From an uncultured bacterium (lineage in GTDB: Bacteria; Bacteroidota; Ignavibacteria; UBA10030; BY39): a stretch of DNA of 64,000 bases. Of the stretch, positions 18,742 to 27,852 are shown piece after piece (the first letter of the stretch is position 1; each line of letters starts with the position of its first letter). The position numbers and the translations under genes are program-made. The DNA lies in the NCBI GenBank assembly GCA_937967455.1, contig CALCJK010000013.1:6302-70301 (forward strand), in the 5' to 3' direction. The notes under the pieces are model-generated. The model saw nothing but the letters and a program-made list of their open reading frames with translations, did no database searches and was not told the DNA's origin.

Positions 18742-19829
18742 TTTAAAATTCTTTCTATTGCAAGTTCTACTATTTTTTTAATCATTTCCTCAAATGTGTA
18801 ACCTGCTGTTCTAGCTGAACGAGCAAAACCAGCATCTGCTGAAATATCGGGATTGGGATTAACTTCGAGTATATAGAGTTTAGAATTTTTATCCAATCTA
18901 AAATCTACTCTTGCATAGTCTCTGCAGCCAATTATTTTGTATGCTTTCAAAGCTAATTCAGATATTTCGTTTGCTAATTTTTCTGAAATCGGTGCAGGAC
19001 AAACGCCTTTTGTAAATTCGTATTCATCAGTACCCTTCATCCACTTTGCATTGTATGTAATAATTCTGTGATAATTGTCAGGTAATTGCGACATATCAAC
19101 TTCTGATATTGGAAGTACAACAGGTGGATTATTACCAAGTATTGCTGCATTTAGTTCTCTGCCATCTATATATTCTTCTATAAGTGCAGGTTGCTTGAAT
19201 TTTGAAAGTATATATTCGACTTGTTTTTTCAGGCTTTCAAAGTTATAAACAACAGAATTATTGTTTATACCTACACTTGCATCTTCTCTTGATGGTTTTA
19301 TTATCAAGGGGAAGTTTAGATTCCTATCAAGTTGAAATGGTATAGATTCAACTATTTGAAATTTTGGAGTTGGAAGGTTATGATAAAGTAATATTTCTTT
19401 AACTCTTGCTTTTTGTTGAGCCAGACCGAGCGTAAAAGCGGTTGCTCCAGTATATGAAATATTTAATAATTCATAAACACCTGCTACATGCATTTCGTGC
19501 ATTGATTCGGTACCGATACTCTCACATAAATTGAAGATTACATCTGGTTTCTCGTTTTGAAGAAATTTAAAAAGTTTCTCTATATTACTGTTTACATTAA
19601 ATAAAGTTGTTTTGAATCCTGAAGAATGGAGAGCTTTTTCGATGTCCCTCATTTCGTCAACTACACCTACTTCGGAGAGGTCAACGGTGTATCCCAATTC
19701 AGATAAATTTGAATTTTGTGAAGAAACATTTAAACCAAGTTCTGAAACAAATTTTCTTTCTTCTGCATCGAGAACGGTTGGTTCGTTGTAAATAATAGCT
19801 ACGGTTAAATTTTCCTTATTTTTTATCAT
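18738..19829 (-). CDS. D-alanine--D-alanine ligase-family ATP-grasp enzyme (paralog B)
   Basis: 363 aa. Ddl-like segments DVIFNLCES...YTGATAFTLGLAQQKARVKEIL and PLIIKPSREDASVGI...EEYIDGRE. C-terminal ATP-grasp motif LEVNPNP. Confidence 0.75.
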   Translation of the reverse strand: MIKNKENLTVAIIYNEPTVLDAEERKFVSELGLNVSSQNSNLSELGYTVDLSEVGVVDEMRDIEKALHSSGFKTTLFNVNSNIEKLFKFLQNEKPDVIFNLCESIGTESMHEMHVAGVYELLNISYTGATAFTLGLAQQKARVKEILLYHNLPTPKFQIVESIPFQLDRNLNFPLIIKPSREDASVGINNNSVVYNFESLKKQVEYILSKFKQPALIEEYIDGRELNAAILGNNPPVVLPISEVDMSQLPDNYHRIITYNAKWMKGTDEYEFTKGVCPAPISEKLANEISELALKAYKIIGCRDYARVDFRLDKNSKLYILEVNPNPDISADAGFARSARTAGYTFEEMIKKIVELAIERILN

Positions 19830-19832
19830 TTT

Positions 19833-20951
19833 TTAATTAGATATAAATTTTTGAAGTATTCCATAGCGTTCTAAAGCAATATTTAAAACTTCCTGTATTA
19901 ACTGATTGTAAGACATTCCTGCAGTACGGGCAGCTTTTGGGAAACAGGAGTTATCTTCAGGTTTTGGTAAAATTCCAGGTAGTGGATTTAGCTCTATTAT
20001 ATTAGCCTTACCTTTTGAATCAAGTCGCACATCGATTCTACACCAATCGCGACATCTCATAATTGTATAAGCCTTAGTGCATACCTCTTCTATTTCATTT
20101 TGTAATGCAGGAGAAATATTAGCTGGGCATTCGAAAATATTTAATGGAGATTCAGAGTTGTCCCAGATCCATTTTGCTTCATAAGAATAGATTGGGTTTA
20201 CATTATCAGGTAATGTATCGAATTTAATTTCAACAATGGGTAGGACCCTTAAATTTTTACCATTGCCTAAGATTGCAACAGTGAATTCTCTACCATCTAA
20301 AAATTCTTCAACAAGTGCAGGTTGATTGTAATTATTTAAAACAAAATTTACTTGCTCAATTAATTCATCAAAGTTTCGGACAATAGAGGAATTGAAAATA
20401 CCTTTACTTGAACCTTCGTGTTGTGGTTTTACGATACTTGGAAATTTAGTTGATATTCCAGCTAACTGTGATAATTCGCTTATTAGCGTGAAATGAGGAG
20501 TTGGGATATTATAGTAAGAAAGGATTTCTTTGGTCCTGGCTTTATCCAGGCAAATTGATAGAGTTAATGGATCGGAGCCTGTATAAGGAATTTGGAGAAA
20601 TTCTAACATTGCTGGAATTTGAGCTTCGCGAGAACTTCCACACATCCCTTCAGCTATATTGAATACAATATCGGGTTTTAATTCCTGTAACTTTTGATAT
20701 GCAAATTTGTCTGCCTCAATTAAAGTTACATTATGTTTTTCTGCGAGTGCTCTCCTAACAGCATCAACTGTTTCAAAAGTATCCCATTCTGCATATAAGT
20801 CGGATACCTTTGTAAGTTTATTTTTCTTTAATTGTTCAGGTTCACTATCTGAACAATCATCCTTTTCAGTATGCTCGCTATGATCTTCTCTAGTATTGTC
20901 TTCCTTTTTTAAATTAAAAACGAGCGCAACATTCAACGGAAGATTTATCAA
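19833..20951 (-). CDS. D-alanine--D-alanine ligase-family ATP-grasp enzyme (paralog A) with acidic low-complexity N-terminal extension
   Basis: 372 aa. Motifs DIVFNIAEG...YTGSDPLTLSICLDKARTKEIL, PSIVKPQHEGSSKGI, EEFLDGREF, ELNPLPG. Clearly paralogous to 18738-19829. Confidence 0.75.
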   Translation of the reverse strand: MINLPLNVALVFNLKKEDNTREDHSEHTEKDDCSDSEPEQLKKNKLTKVSDLYAEWDTFETVDAVRRALAEKHNVTLIEADKFAYQKLQELKPDIVFNIAEGMCGSSREAQIPAMLEFLQIPYTGSDPLTLSICLDKARTKEILSYYNIPTPHFTLISELSQLAGISTKFPSIVKPQHEGSSKGIFNSSIVRNFDELIEQVNFVLNNYNQPALVEEFLDGREFTVAILGNGKNLRVLPIVEIKFDTLPDNVNPIYSYEAKWIWDNSESPLNIFECPANISPALQNEIEEVCTKAYTIMRCRDWCRIDVRLDSKGKANIIELNPLPGILPKPEDNSCFPKAARTAGMSYNQLIQEVLNIALERYGILQKFISN

Positions 20952-21098
20952 CGAACTCGTTTGTATCTCACAATTTGTTATACATACTATTTAATTTTTT
21001 ACAGTTAAGTTTTATCTTAATCTGTAAAACACTACTATAATATAAACTTTTTTTTGTAGAAGTCAAGTAAAAAATGAATTTTTTTGAAAATTTTTTCT

Positions 21099-23321
21099 TT
21101 AACCAACCTGAATCAAGTCAAATTTGTCTTTCATCCTTTCAAGAAAAATTTTTCTAATAAGTCGGTGTTCATCTTTTCTAAGTTGAGGATCTGTCTCAAT
21201 AACTTTGAAAGCAATCTTTCGCGCGAGATTAATCAAGTTTCCATCTTCAAGTACATTGGCAATGTTAAATTCAGGTAAACCGCTTTGTCTTGTACCAAAG
21301 AAATCACCAGGACCTCTTAGTTTAAGATCTATCTCAGAAATTTTAAAACCATCATTTGTAGAAAGCATAGCCTGAATTCGTATGATAGCTTTTTGTTCTT
21401 CTAACTCATTGTTATCATTGAAGTTATAGTCGTTACTAATTTCATATTTTAAGTTTTTTTTGCGCACTTTGTTGACTAGCCAGTTTGGTGCTACAAGGAT
21501 ACAATAGGATTGTTCGGCACCTCTTCCAACTCTACCTCGCAGTTGGTGGAGTTGAGATAATCCAAACCTTTCGGCATGTTCAATAACCATCATTGTGGCG
21601 TTAGGAATGTCAATTCCAACTTCAATTACCGTTGTAGATACCAGTATGTTTATTTTATTTTCTTTAAAAGCTTTCATAACCTGATCTCTTTCTTCGGCTG
21701 ACATTCTACCATGTATAAGTCCAATATTTAGATCAGGGAATATTTCTTTTTGAAATTTCTCATAACTCTCAACGGCAGCTTTTAAATCCATTTTTTCTGA
21801 TTCTTCAATGAGGGGATAGATTATATAAACTTGTTGCCCCATGTCGATAATGTTCCTGATGAATTGATAAAGTTTACCTGTTTCAGATTCGGAATATAAA
21901 AGTGTTTTGACTGGTTTTCGATCCTTTGGTAATTCATCTATTATAGATACATCTAAATCACCGTAAACTGTAAGTGAAAGCGTACGAGGGATTGGAGTAG
22001 CGGTCATTACAAGTACATCAGGTTGAATTTTTATGCTTTCTTTTGCTTTCTTCATGAGTTCAGCTCTTTGTTCTACCCCAAATCGGTGTTGTTCGTCAAT
22101 TATGACTAGTCCAAGGTTTGCGAATTCAATTCTTTCCTGTATTAAAGCGTGTGTTCCAATAACTATGTTTGCATTCCCAGTTTTAATTTCGTTTAAGATA
22201 CTTTCTTTGAATGATCTTTTCTGAGCACCCAATAATAGTCTTACATTTAAGTTTAAATCATTTAGGAATTGAGTTATTGTCCGGTAATGTTGTTCTGCGA
22301 GAATTTCTGTGGGTGCCATAAATGCAACCTGATAATTGTTCTCAACTGCAATTAACATTGAAATTAAAGCAACAATAGTTTTTCCGCTACCAACATCTCC
22401 CTGGAGTAAACGATTCATAGGTTTAGGTGATTGCATATCATCAGCAATCTCTTTTATGACTCTTATCTGTGCTTTTGTGAGTTTAAATGAGAGGGAATCT
22501 ACCAATTTGCGAGCTAAAGAACTTTTAACATTGAAGGGAATACCTGGAAGCTGAACCTTTAAGAATCTTCTACGCAAAGCCAGCATCAATTGAAATAAAA
22601 ACCATTCATCAAATTTTAACCTAATTCGAGCGGAGTTTTTCTCTTCTGTTGTTTTTGGAAAATGCACCTTTCTTAGTGCATCCTGTAAAGACAATAGTGA
22701 GTTTTCTTTAATTATATATTCAGGTAAAAAATCTTCAATTAATGGAACATATTCATTAACAACATAGTGTAGAATTTTTCTCAGTGCGGTATCAGTGATA
22801 CGTGCATTTCTAAATTCTTCACACATTGAGTATTTTGGTATTAAACCTTTAGTGTTTATTAAGTTTGCTTCGGTTGGTTTCTCATTTATATCAATACGGT
22901 CGATTCTGGGATGTACAATCTGAACTTTGTTCATAAAGTAGTTTAGTTTCCCGGAAACTGCCAAAGTATCACCAATTTTATAAGCAGTTTTGAAGTAATT
23001 AATATTTTGAAAGAATACAAGTGGTATCACTCCAGAATCGTCGCCTAGAATTATTATACATTGCCTTTTAGGTGGTCTACCAGTTATATCGATTGAGCGG
23101 ACAGTTCCAATAACAGATACATTTTTACTAATATCATTAATTTTCTTTAAATCACTAATTCTGGAAACTTCTGTAAGGTCAAGATAATCGAAAGGGAAAT
23201 AGTAAATTAAGTCGTAAACAGTGTTGATGGATTTTTTTGAAAATGCCTCTGCACGTTTAGGTCCAATGCCTTTTATAAATTGGACTGGAGTGTTCAAATC
23301 TTTTATAAAAATTTTCTTCAC
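21099..23321 (-). CDS. recG: ATP-dependent DNA helicase RecG
   Basis: 740 aa. N-terminal wedge region, helicase motifs GDVGSGKT, DEQHRFG, HQLRGRVGRG. Confidence 0.9.
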   Translation of the reverse strand: MKKIFIKDLNTPVQFIKGIGPKRAEAFSKKSINTVYDLIYYFPFDYLDLTEVSRISDLKKINDISKNVSVIGTVRSIDITGRPPKRQCIIILGDDSGVIPLVFFQNINYFKTAYKIGDTLAVSGKLNYFMNKVQIVHPRIDRIDINEKPTEANLINTKGLIPKYSMCEEFRNARITDTALRKILHYVVNEYVPLIEDFLPEYIIKENSLLSLQDALRKVHFPKTTEEKNSARIRLKFDEWFLFQLMLALRRRFLKVQLPGIPFNVKSSLARKLVDSLSFKLTKAQIRVIKEIADDMQSPKPMNRLLQGDVGSGKTIVALISMLIAVENNYQVAFMAPTEILAEQHYRTITQFLNDLNLNVRLLLGAQKRSFKESILNEIKTGNANIVIGTHALIQERIEFANLGLVIIDEQHRFGVEQRAELMKKAKESIKIQPDVLVMTATPIPRTLSLTVYGDLDVSIIDELPKDRKPVKTLLYSESETGKLYQFIRNIIDMGQQVYIIYPLIEESEKMDLKAAVESYEKFQKEIFPDLNIGLIHGRMSAEERDQVMKAFKENKINILVSTTVIEVGIDIPNATMMVIEHAERFGLSQLHQLRGRVGRGAEQSYCILVAPNWLVNKVRKKNLKYEISNDYNFNDNNELEEQKAIIRIQAMLSTNDGFKISEIDLKLRGPGDFFGTRQSGLPEFNIANVLEDGNLINLARKIAFKVIETDPQLRKDEHRLIRKIFLERMKDKFDLIQVG

Positions 23322-23344
23322 ATGTAAAATATAGTCATAATTTG

Positions 23345-24313
23345 TTAGAATGTTGCAAAGGGAGAAGTAAGGTCCTCTGGTTTTATTATTTTTTGATAGT
23401 TGATAAAACTCTCAAAAGAAAAATCAGGTTTTTCCCAAAGTCGAACAATTTCTTTCATATATTCGACTGATAATTTAACAGCATTATCATAATATTGCAT
23501 ATAGTTAAAGCCGTTTTCTGTGTTTCTGAAATAAAGTTTATATTCATTTGATTGTTCAAGATTATTTTTGTTTTTATTATATGATTCAAAGGCTTTTACA
23601 TATGGGCCAATATTATCCATCATGTCAAAAGCGAAGATAATACCATCTATCCAGGCATCAATATCTTTGGTTAATAATTTTGGGTAACCTGCTTTACTTA
23701 TCGCAAGAGATATAAGATTGCAGAACCTATCATACTCAAACCCAAATTTTTTAATATTAATTGAATCAGAAGCTATAATTTTGCTAAATGTGCGGTCAGG
23801 ATAGAGTTCATAAAAAAGGAAGATATCTTGATGCACTTCGCAAATGGAATGTTTTTGAGATATTTCAAGTGAGCGATAGTATGGACCTGTAATTTCTCTT
23901 ACAAGTCGATGTATAACCTGATCGGCTGCAATATGAGAAACGAAACCTAGTGTAAACACAAATGTTGCATTGTTAAAGTCCTGCTTTATAAGTTGATTTT
24001 TTTTCAGCTCTGCGAATGCGAGGTTCATTTCCATAATATAATATGGAAATAAATTTGGTCGTGTTGAATGAAAGAAAAAAGAAGCATCTTCCTGTTGAGG
24101 TTGGGCTAGATCTACAAAAGGGCGTACAAGGAGTTGTTGGAGAGCTGCTTTAATTAAATTCTTTTTGCGATAACTTGGTAAATCAGGCCCTAGGGAGCCA
24201 AGTCGAAAATGATTGCTTTTATTTATAATTAGCTCACCGATATGTGGAAAGTCTTTGGATAATTTTTTATATGCGTTATGTGCAATTAAGATATGTGCAA
24301 TGCTTGAAGGCAT
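23345..24313 (-). CDS. hypothetical protein, zinc-dependent phospholipase C / S1-P1 nuclease-fold-like
   Basis: 322 aa. N-terminal MPSSIAHILIAHNAY, GSLGPD and HIAADQVIH resemble the metal-ligand motifs of the Zn-dependent PLC (PF00882) fold. This is a weak call. Confidence 0.35.
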   Translation of the reverse strand: MPSSIAHILIAHNAYKKLSKDFPHIGELIINKSNHFRLGSLGPDLPSYRKKNLIKAALQQLLVRPFVDLAQPQQEDASFFFHSTRPNLFPYYIMEMNLAFAELKKNQLIKQDFNNATFVFTLGFVSHIAADQVIHRLVREITGPYYRSLEISQKHSICEVHQDIFLFYELYPDRTFSKIIASDSINIKKFGFEYDRFCNLISLAISKAGYPKLLTKDIDAWIDGIIFAFDMMDNIGPYVKAFESYNKNKNNLEQSNEYKLYFRNTENGFNYMQYYDNAVKLSVEYMKEIVRLWEKPDFSFESFINYQKIIKPEDLTSPFATF

Positions 24314-24330
24314 TATTGCCAGTAGGATTT

Positions 24331-25332
24331 TTATATTAATTCATTTTTTGGATCTCTCAACATTAATTCAAGAGTGGCTTCGTGAGGTTCTTTGTTATTA
24401 AATAAAACGTTGTAAACTTGCTGGATAATTGGGACTTCGACACCAGTTCGATCTGCAAGTTGGCAAGCAGCTTTGGTTGTAGGAACTCCTTCTGCCACCA
24501 TAACCATTTCATTTATTATTTCTGTTAGTTTACGGCCTTTTCCAATTTGCTCGCCTACATAACGATTTCTGCTATGGCGACTCATACAAGTTGCAATAAG
24601 ATCTCCAATTCCGGAAAGCCCTGAAAATGTTTTTGGATTCGAACCAAGAGCTGAGCCAAGTCGGGATATTTCTACTATACCTCTTGTCATTATTGCTGCT
24701 TTGGTATTGTCGCCATACCCAGCACCATCACATATTCCAGCACCAATAGCAATTACGTTTTTGAGAGCTCCTCCAAGTTCTACTCCTTTAACATCATTGG
24801 AGGTGTATACTCTAAAATATTGATTCATAAAAATTTTCTGAACTAATTGAGCAAATGATAAATCTTCTGAAGCGGCTACAACTGCGGTTGGAGTTTTTTT
24901 GCTAACCTCCTCTGCAAAACTTGGACCTGAAATTACTACTGTTTTTTCTCTTGGATGTTCTGGAAACAGTTCAGCTAGTACATCGCTCATAGTTTTTAAT
25001 GTTTCGATTTCAATTCCCTTAGCTACATTTACAATTATCTTTTCAGTTATATATTTGTAATCTATTGTAGAAATTACTGAACGCAAATGCTGCGAAGGAA
25101 CAGCTGTAACTATTAGCTCTGAATTTATTATAGCTTTGTTAAGGTCTCTTGTTACTTCAATTTGTTCTGGAATTTTTATACCTGGTAGGAAAACAACATT
25201 TTCTCTTTTTTCTAAAATATTTTGATAATCCTCTTCACGATATGACCATAATGAAACCTGGTGGCCATTTGAAAAAAGTAAAAGAGCCAGTGTTGTGCCC
25301 CAACTTCCAGCTCCAATTATTGAAATCCTCAT
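24331..25332 (-). CDS. gpsA: NAD(P)H-dependent glycerol-3-phosphate dehydrogenase
   Basis: 333 aa. MRISIIGAGSWGTTLALLL N-terminal Rossmann motif. Conserved GpsA core. Confidence 0.9.
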   Translation of the reverse strand: MRISIIGAGSWGTTLALLLFSNGHQVSLWSYREEDYQNILEKRENVVFLPGIKIPEQIEVTRDLNKAIINSELIVTAVPSQHLRSVISTIDYKYITEKIIVNVAKGIEIETLKTMSDVLAELFPEHPREKTVVISGPSFAEEVSKKTPTAVVAASEDLSFAQLVQKIFMNQYFRVYTSNDVKGVELGGALKNVIAIGAGICDGAGYGDNTKAAIMTRGIVEISRLGSALGSNPKTFSGLSGIGDLIATCMSRHSRNRYVGEQIGKGRKLTEIINEMVMVAEGVPTTKAACQLADRTGVEVPIIQQVYNVLFNNKEPHEATLELMLRDPKNELI

Positions 25333-25338
25333 TTCGAA

Positions 25339-26022
25339 TTATTCGTTTTTGTTCTTTCTCTTAAAGAAATTGAAGTTTGTGATTTTATGCTCTTTACCTT
25401 GTATTAATCTAATGATGTTTTTTCGATGGGTGAAAATTAACAATAATGCCATTCCAATGCTAAAATATATTAGTGTGCTGTAACCTTCTATTTCTGTTTT
25501 TAAAACATTTGCTCTAAAGATTAAAGTTAATGGAAAAGCAATTGCTGCAGATATAGATCCAAGTGAAACATATTTAGAAATAAATAAAACAATTGAAAAA
25601 ACACCAAGCACTATCAATATATCCCACGGAGCAATACCAATTAACATTCCAGCAGCAGTTGCAATTCCTTTTCCTCCTCTGAATCCTCCAAAGATTGTCC
25701 AAATGTGACCTATTACAGCTGCTGTACCACAGATAATTTTAACAAGTGTAAAATCCTCAAATGGTGTATAATTGTTAAAAGGAATACCTGAATACATAAA
25801 CTTTGAAATTACACTTGTAGCAAATAATCCTTTTAATATATCTATTATAATTACAGTAATTCCAGCTTTAAATCCGAGGATTCTCATTACATTTGTTCCG
25901 CCAGCATTCCCACTACCGTATTGACGTATATCAATCCCCTTGACAAGCTTACTTATAATTATGCTTGTCGGTATAGACCCTACAAGATAGCTTAAAAATA
26001 TTAGAATTGAGAGTGATAACAT
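25339..26022 (-). CDS. plsY: glycerol-3-phosphate acyltransferase PlsY
   Basis: 227 aa membrane protein. LVGSIPTSIII...GSGNAGGTNVMR matches PlsY. Confidence 0.85.
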   Translation of the reverse strand: MLSLSILIFLSYLVGSIPTSIIISKLVKGIDIRQYGSGNAGGTNVMRILGFKAGITVIIIDILKGLFATSVISKFMYSGIPFNNYTPFEDFTLVKIICGTAAVIGHIWTIFGGFRGGKGIATAAGMLIGIAPWDILIVLGVFSIVLFISKYVSLGSISAAIAFPLTLIFRANVLKTEIEGYSTLIYFSIGMALLLIFTHRKNIIRLIQGKEHKITNFNFFKRKNKNE

Positions 26023-26071
26023 ATCATTTTATTTTTTTGATACACAAAGATATGCAAAATTAATGAAACTT

Positions 26072-26770
26072 TCAAAAATGTGGAGTCCTGGAAATTAGCA
26101 ACTCTGCCAATAAAAAATCTTCTTTTGTTGTAATTTTTATGTTACTATATTCTCCCTCAACGAGTTTGATTTTAATTCCAAGTTTCTCTACCAAGTTTGC
26201 GTCATCAGTGGAATAATATTTTGCTTTAAATGCATTTTTATATGCTGAAATTAATAGTGAAGTTTCAAATCCCTGTGGAGTTTGAACAGCATAAAGAAAA
26301 TTTCTATCTAATGTTTTTACGAGGAAATCGCCTTCTCGAACTTTTATTGTGTCTTTTAATGGAATTGCAGGAATGGCAACTTTATAAATACTGGCAGCTT
26401 CAACTATTTTATCGATAAGTGTATTTGATACAAAAGGTCTTACTGCGTCGTGAATTAAGATTATATTCGGAGAAAATTTTGTTGCTTCATTAATGCCATT
26501 CCAGACCGAATCCTGTCTTTCTTTACCTCCTGTTACCAAAATAATTTTTTTTGAAGTGTTTAATCTTTCTATAATTTGTTTTGTTTGCGACAAATAATTA
26601 CTAGGGGCTACAACAATAATGGTCGATATGTTGTTTGAATAACAAAATTTTTCAAGTGATAGCTGAAGTATGGTTTTGTCGTTCAGCTTTAGAAATTGTT
26701 TAGGTAAGTCGCTGCCGAATCTTTTACCGATCCCAGCAGCGACTATTATAGCAGCCACATTTAATTTCAT
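26072..26770 (-). CDS. ispD: 2-C-methyl-D-erythritol 4-phosphate cytidylyltransferase
   Basis: 232 aa. Motifs AIIVAAGIGKRFG and IHDAVRPF match IspD. Confidence 0.85.
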   Translation of the reverse strand: MKLNVAAIIVAAGIGKRFGSDLPKQFLKLNDKTILQLSLEKFCYSNNISTIIVVAPSNYLSQTKQIIERLNTSKKIILVTGGKERQDSVWNGINEATKFSPNIILIHDAVRPFVSNTLIDKIVEAASIYKVAIPAIPLKDTIKVREGDFLVKTLDRNFLYAVQTPQGFETSLLISAYKNAFKAKYYSTDDANLVEKLGIKIKLVEGEYSNIKITTKEDFLLAELLISRTPHF

Positions 26771-26782
26771 AAAAAATTTCAG

Positions 26783-27820
26783 TTATAATATAAGCATTGC
26801 ATCACCGTAACTGTAGAATCTCAAACCTTCTTTAATGGCTCTTTTATAAGCGTTCATTATGAGATCGTATCCACCAAATGCACATACCATCATAAGCAGA
26901 GTAGATTCAGGTAAATGAAAATTTGTTATCATTTTATTCACTACTTTGAAACTATAAGGTGGATAAATGAATTTATCAGTCCAGCCTTTAAATGGTTTGA
27001 CGAAGCCTTGTGTGGTCACAGAAGATTCAAGCGCGCGGACTGTACTTGTGCCACACACAAAAACATTTCCTTTGCTCTCAATAGTTTTGTTGATTGTTTT
27101 TGCAGTTGCTTCGCTGATTTCAAAATACTCAGAATCCATCTTGTGCTTCGAAAGGTCTTCAACTTCAACTTTTCTAAATGTACCAAGTCCAATATGTAAT
27201 GTTACGAAGGTTATTTTTACTCCTTTACTTTCGATCTGCGATAGCAACTTTTTTGTGAAATGTAAACCTGCTGTTGGTGCTGCAACCGAGCCAACATTTT
27301 TCGCATAAACAGTTTGATACCTCTGTTTGTCCAGTTCTTCTGATTCGCGCTTGATATAATGGGGCAAGGGCATATAACCTATTCTCTCAAATACTTTATA
27401 TAGGTCTTCATTTGAGATAAATCTTATTGTTCTGCCTCTTGAAGTTGTATTATCTACAATTTCACACACAAGTCGCCCATCATCGAAATAAACTTTATTT
27501 CCAATTCTAACTTTACGAGCAGGTTCAACAATCACATCCCACAATTTTTCTTCCTTGTTCAGCTCACGAAGCAGCAGAAATTCAATTTTAGCATTTGTTT
27601 TTTCCTTTCTACCAAAAAGTCGAGCTGGAAATACTTTTGTGTCGTTCAAAACAAGCACATCACCTTTTTTAAAATAATTTAAAATATCGGAAAACTTCTT
27701 AATTTCGATGCTCTCATCAGCACGATTCACAACCATTAACTTGGATGCATCTCTCTGAGCCGTTGGATATTTTGCTATCAAATTCCTTGGTAAAGGGTAT
27801 TTAAAATCTGATAGTTTCAT
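26783..27820 (-). CDS. queA: S-adenosylmethionine:tRNA ribosyltransferase-isomerase
   Basis: 345 aa. MKLSDFKYPLP...DASKLMVV...VLNDTKVFPARL matches QueA. Confidence 0.9.
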   Translation of the reverse strand: MKLSDFKYPLPRNLIAKYPTAQRDASKLMVVNRADESIEIKKFSDILNYFKKGDVLVLNDTKVFPARLFGRKEKTNAKIEFLLLRELNKEEKLWDVIVEPARKVRIGNKVYFDDGRLVCEIVDNTTSRGRTIRFISNEDLYKVFERIGYMPLPHYIKRESEELDKQRYQTVYAKNVGSVAAPTAGLHFTKKLLSQIESKGVKITFVTLHIGLGTFRKVEVEDLSKHKMDSEYFEISEATAKTINKTIESKGNVFVCGTSTVRALESSVTTQGFVKPFKGWTDKFIYPPYSFKVVNKMITNFHLPESTLLMMVCAFGGYDLIMNAYKRAIKEGLRFYSYGDAMLIL

Positions 27821-27852
27821 AAAATGAATCCTATTTTATTTTTGTGTTTATC

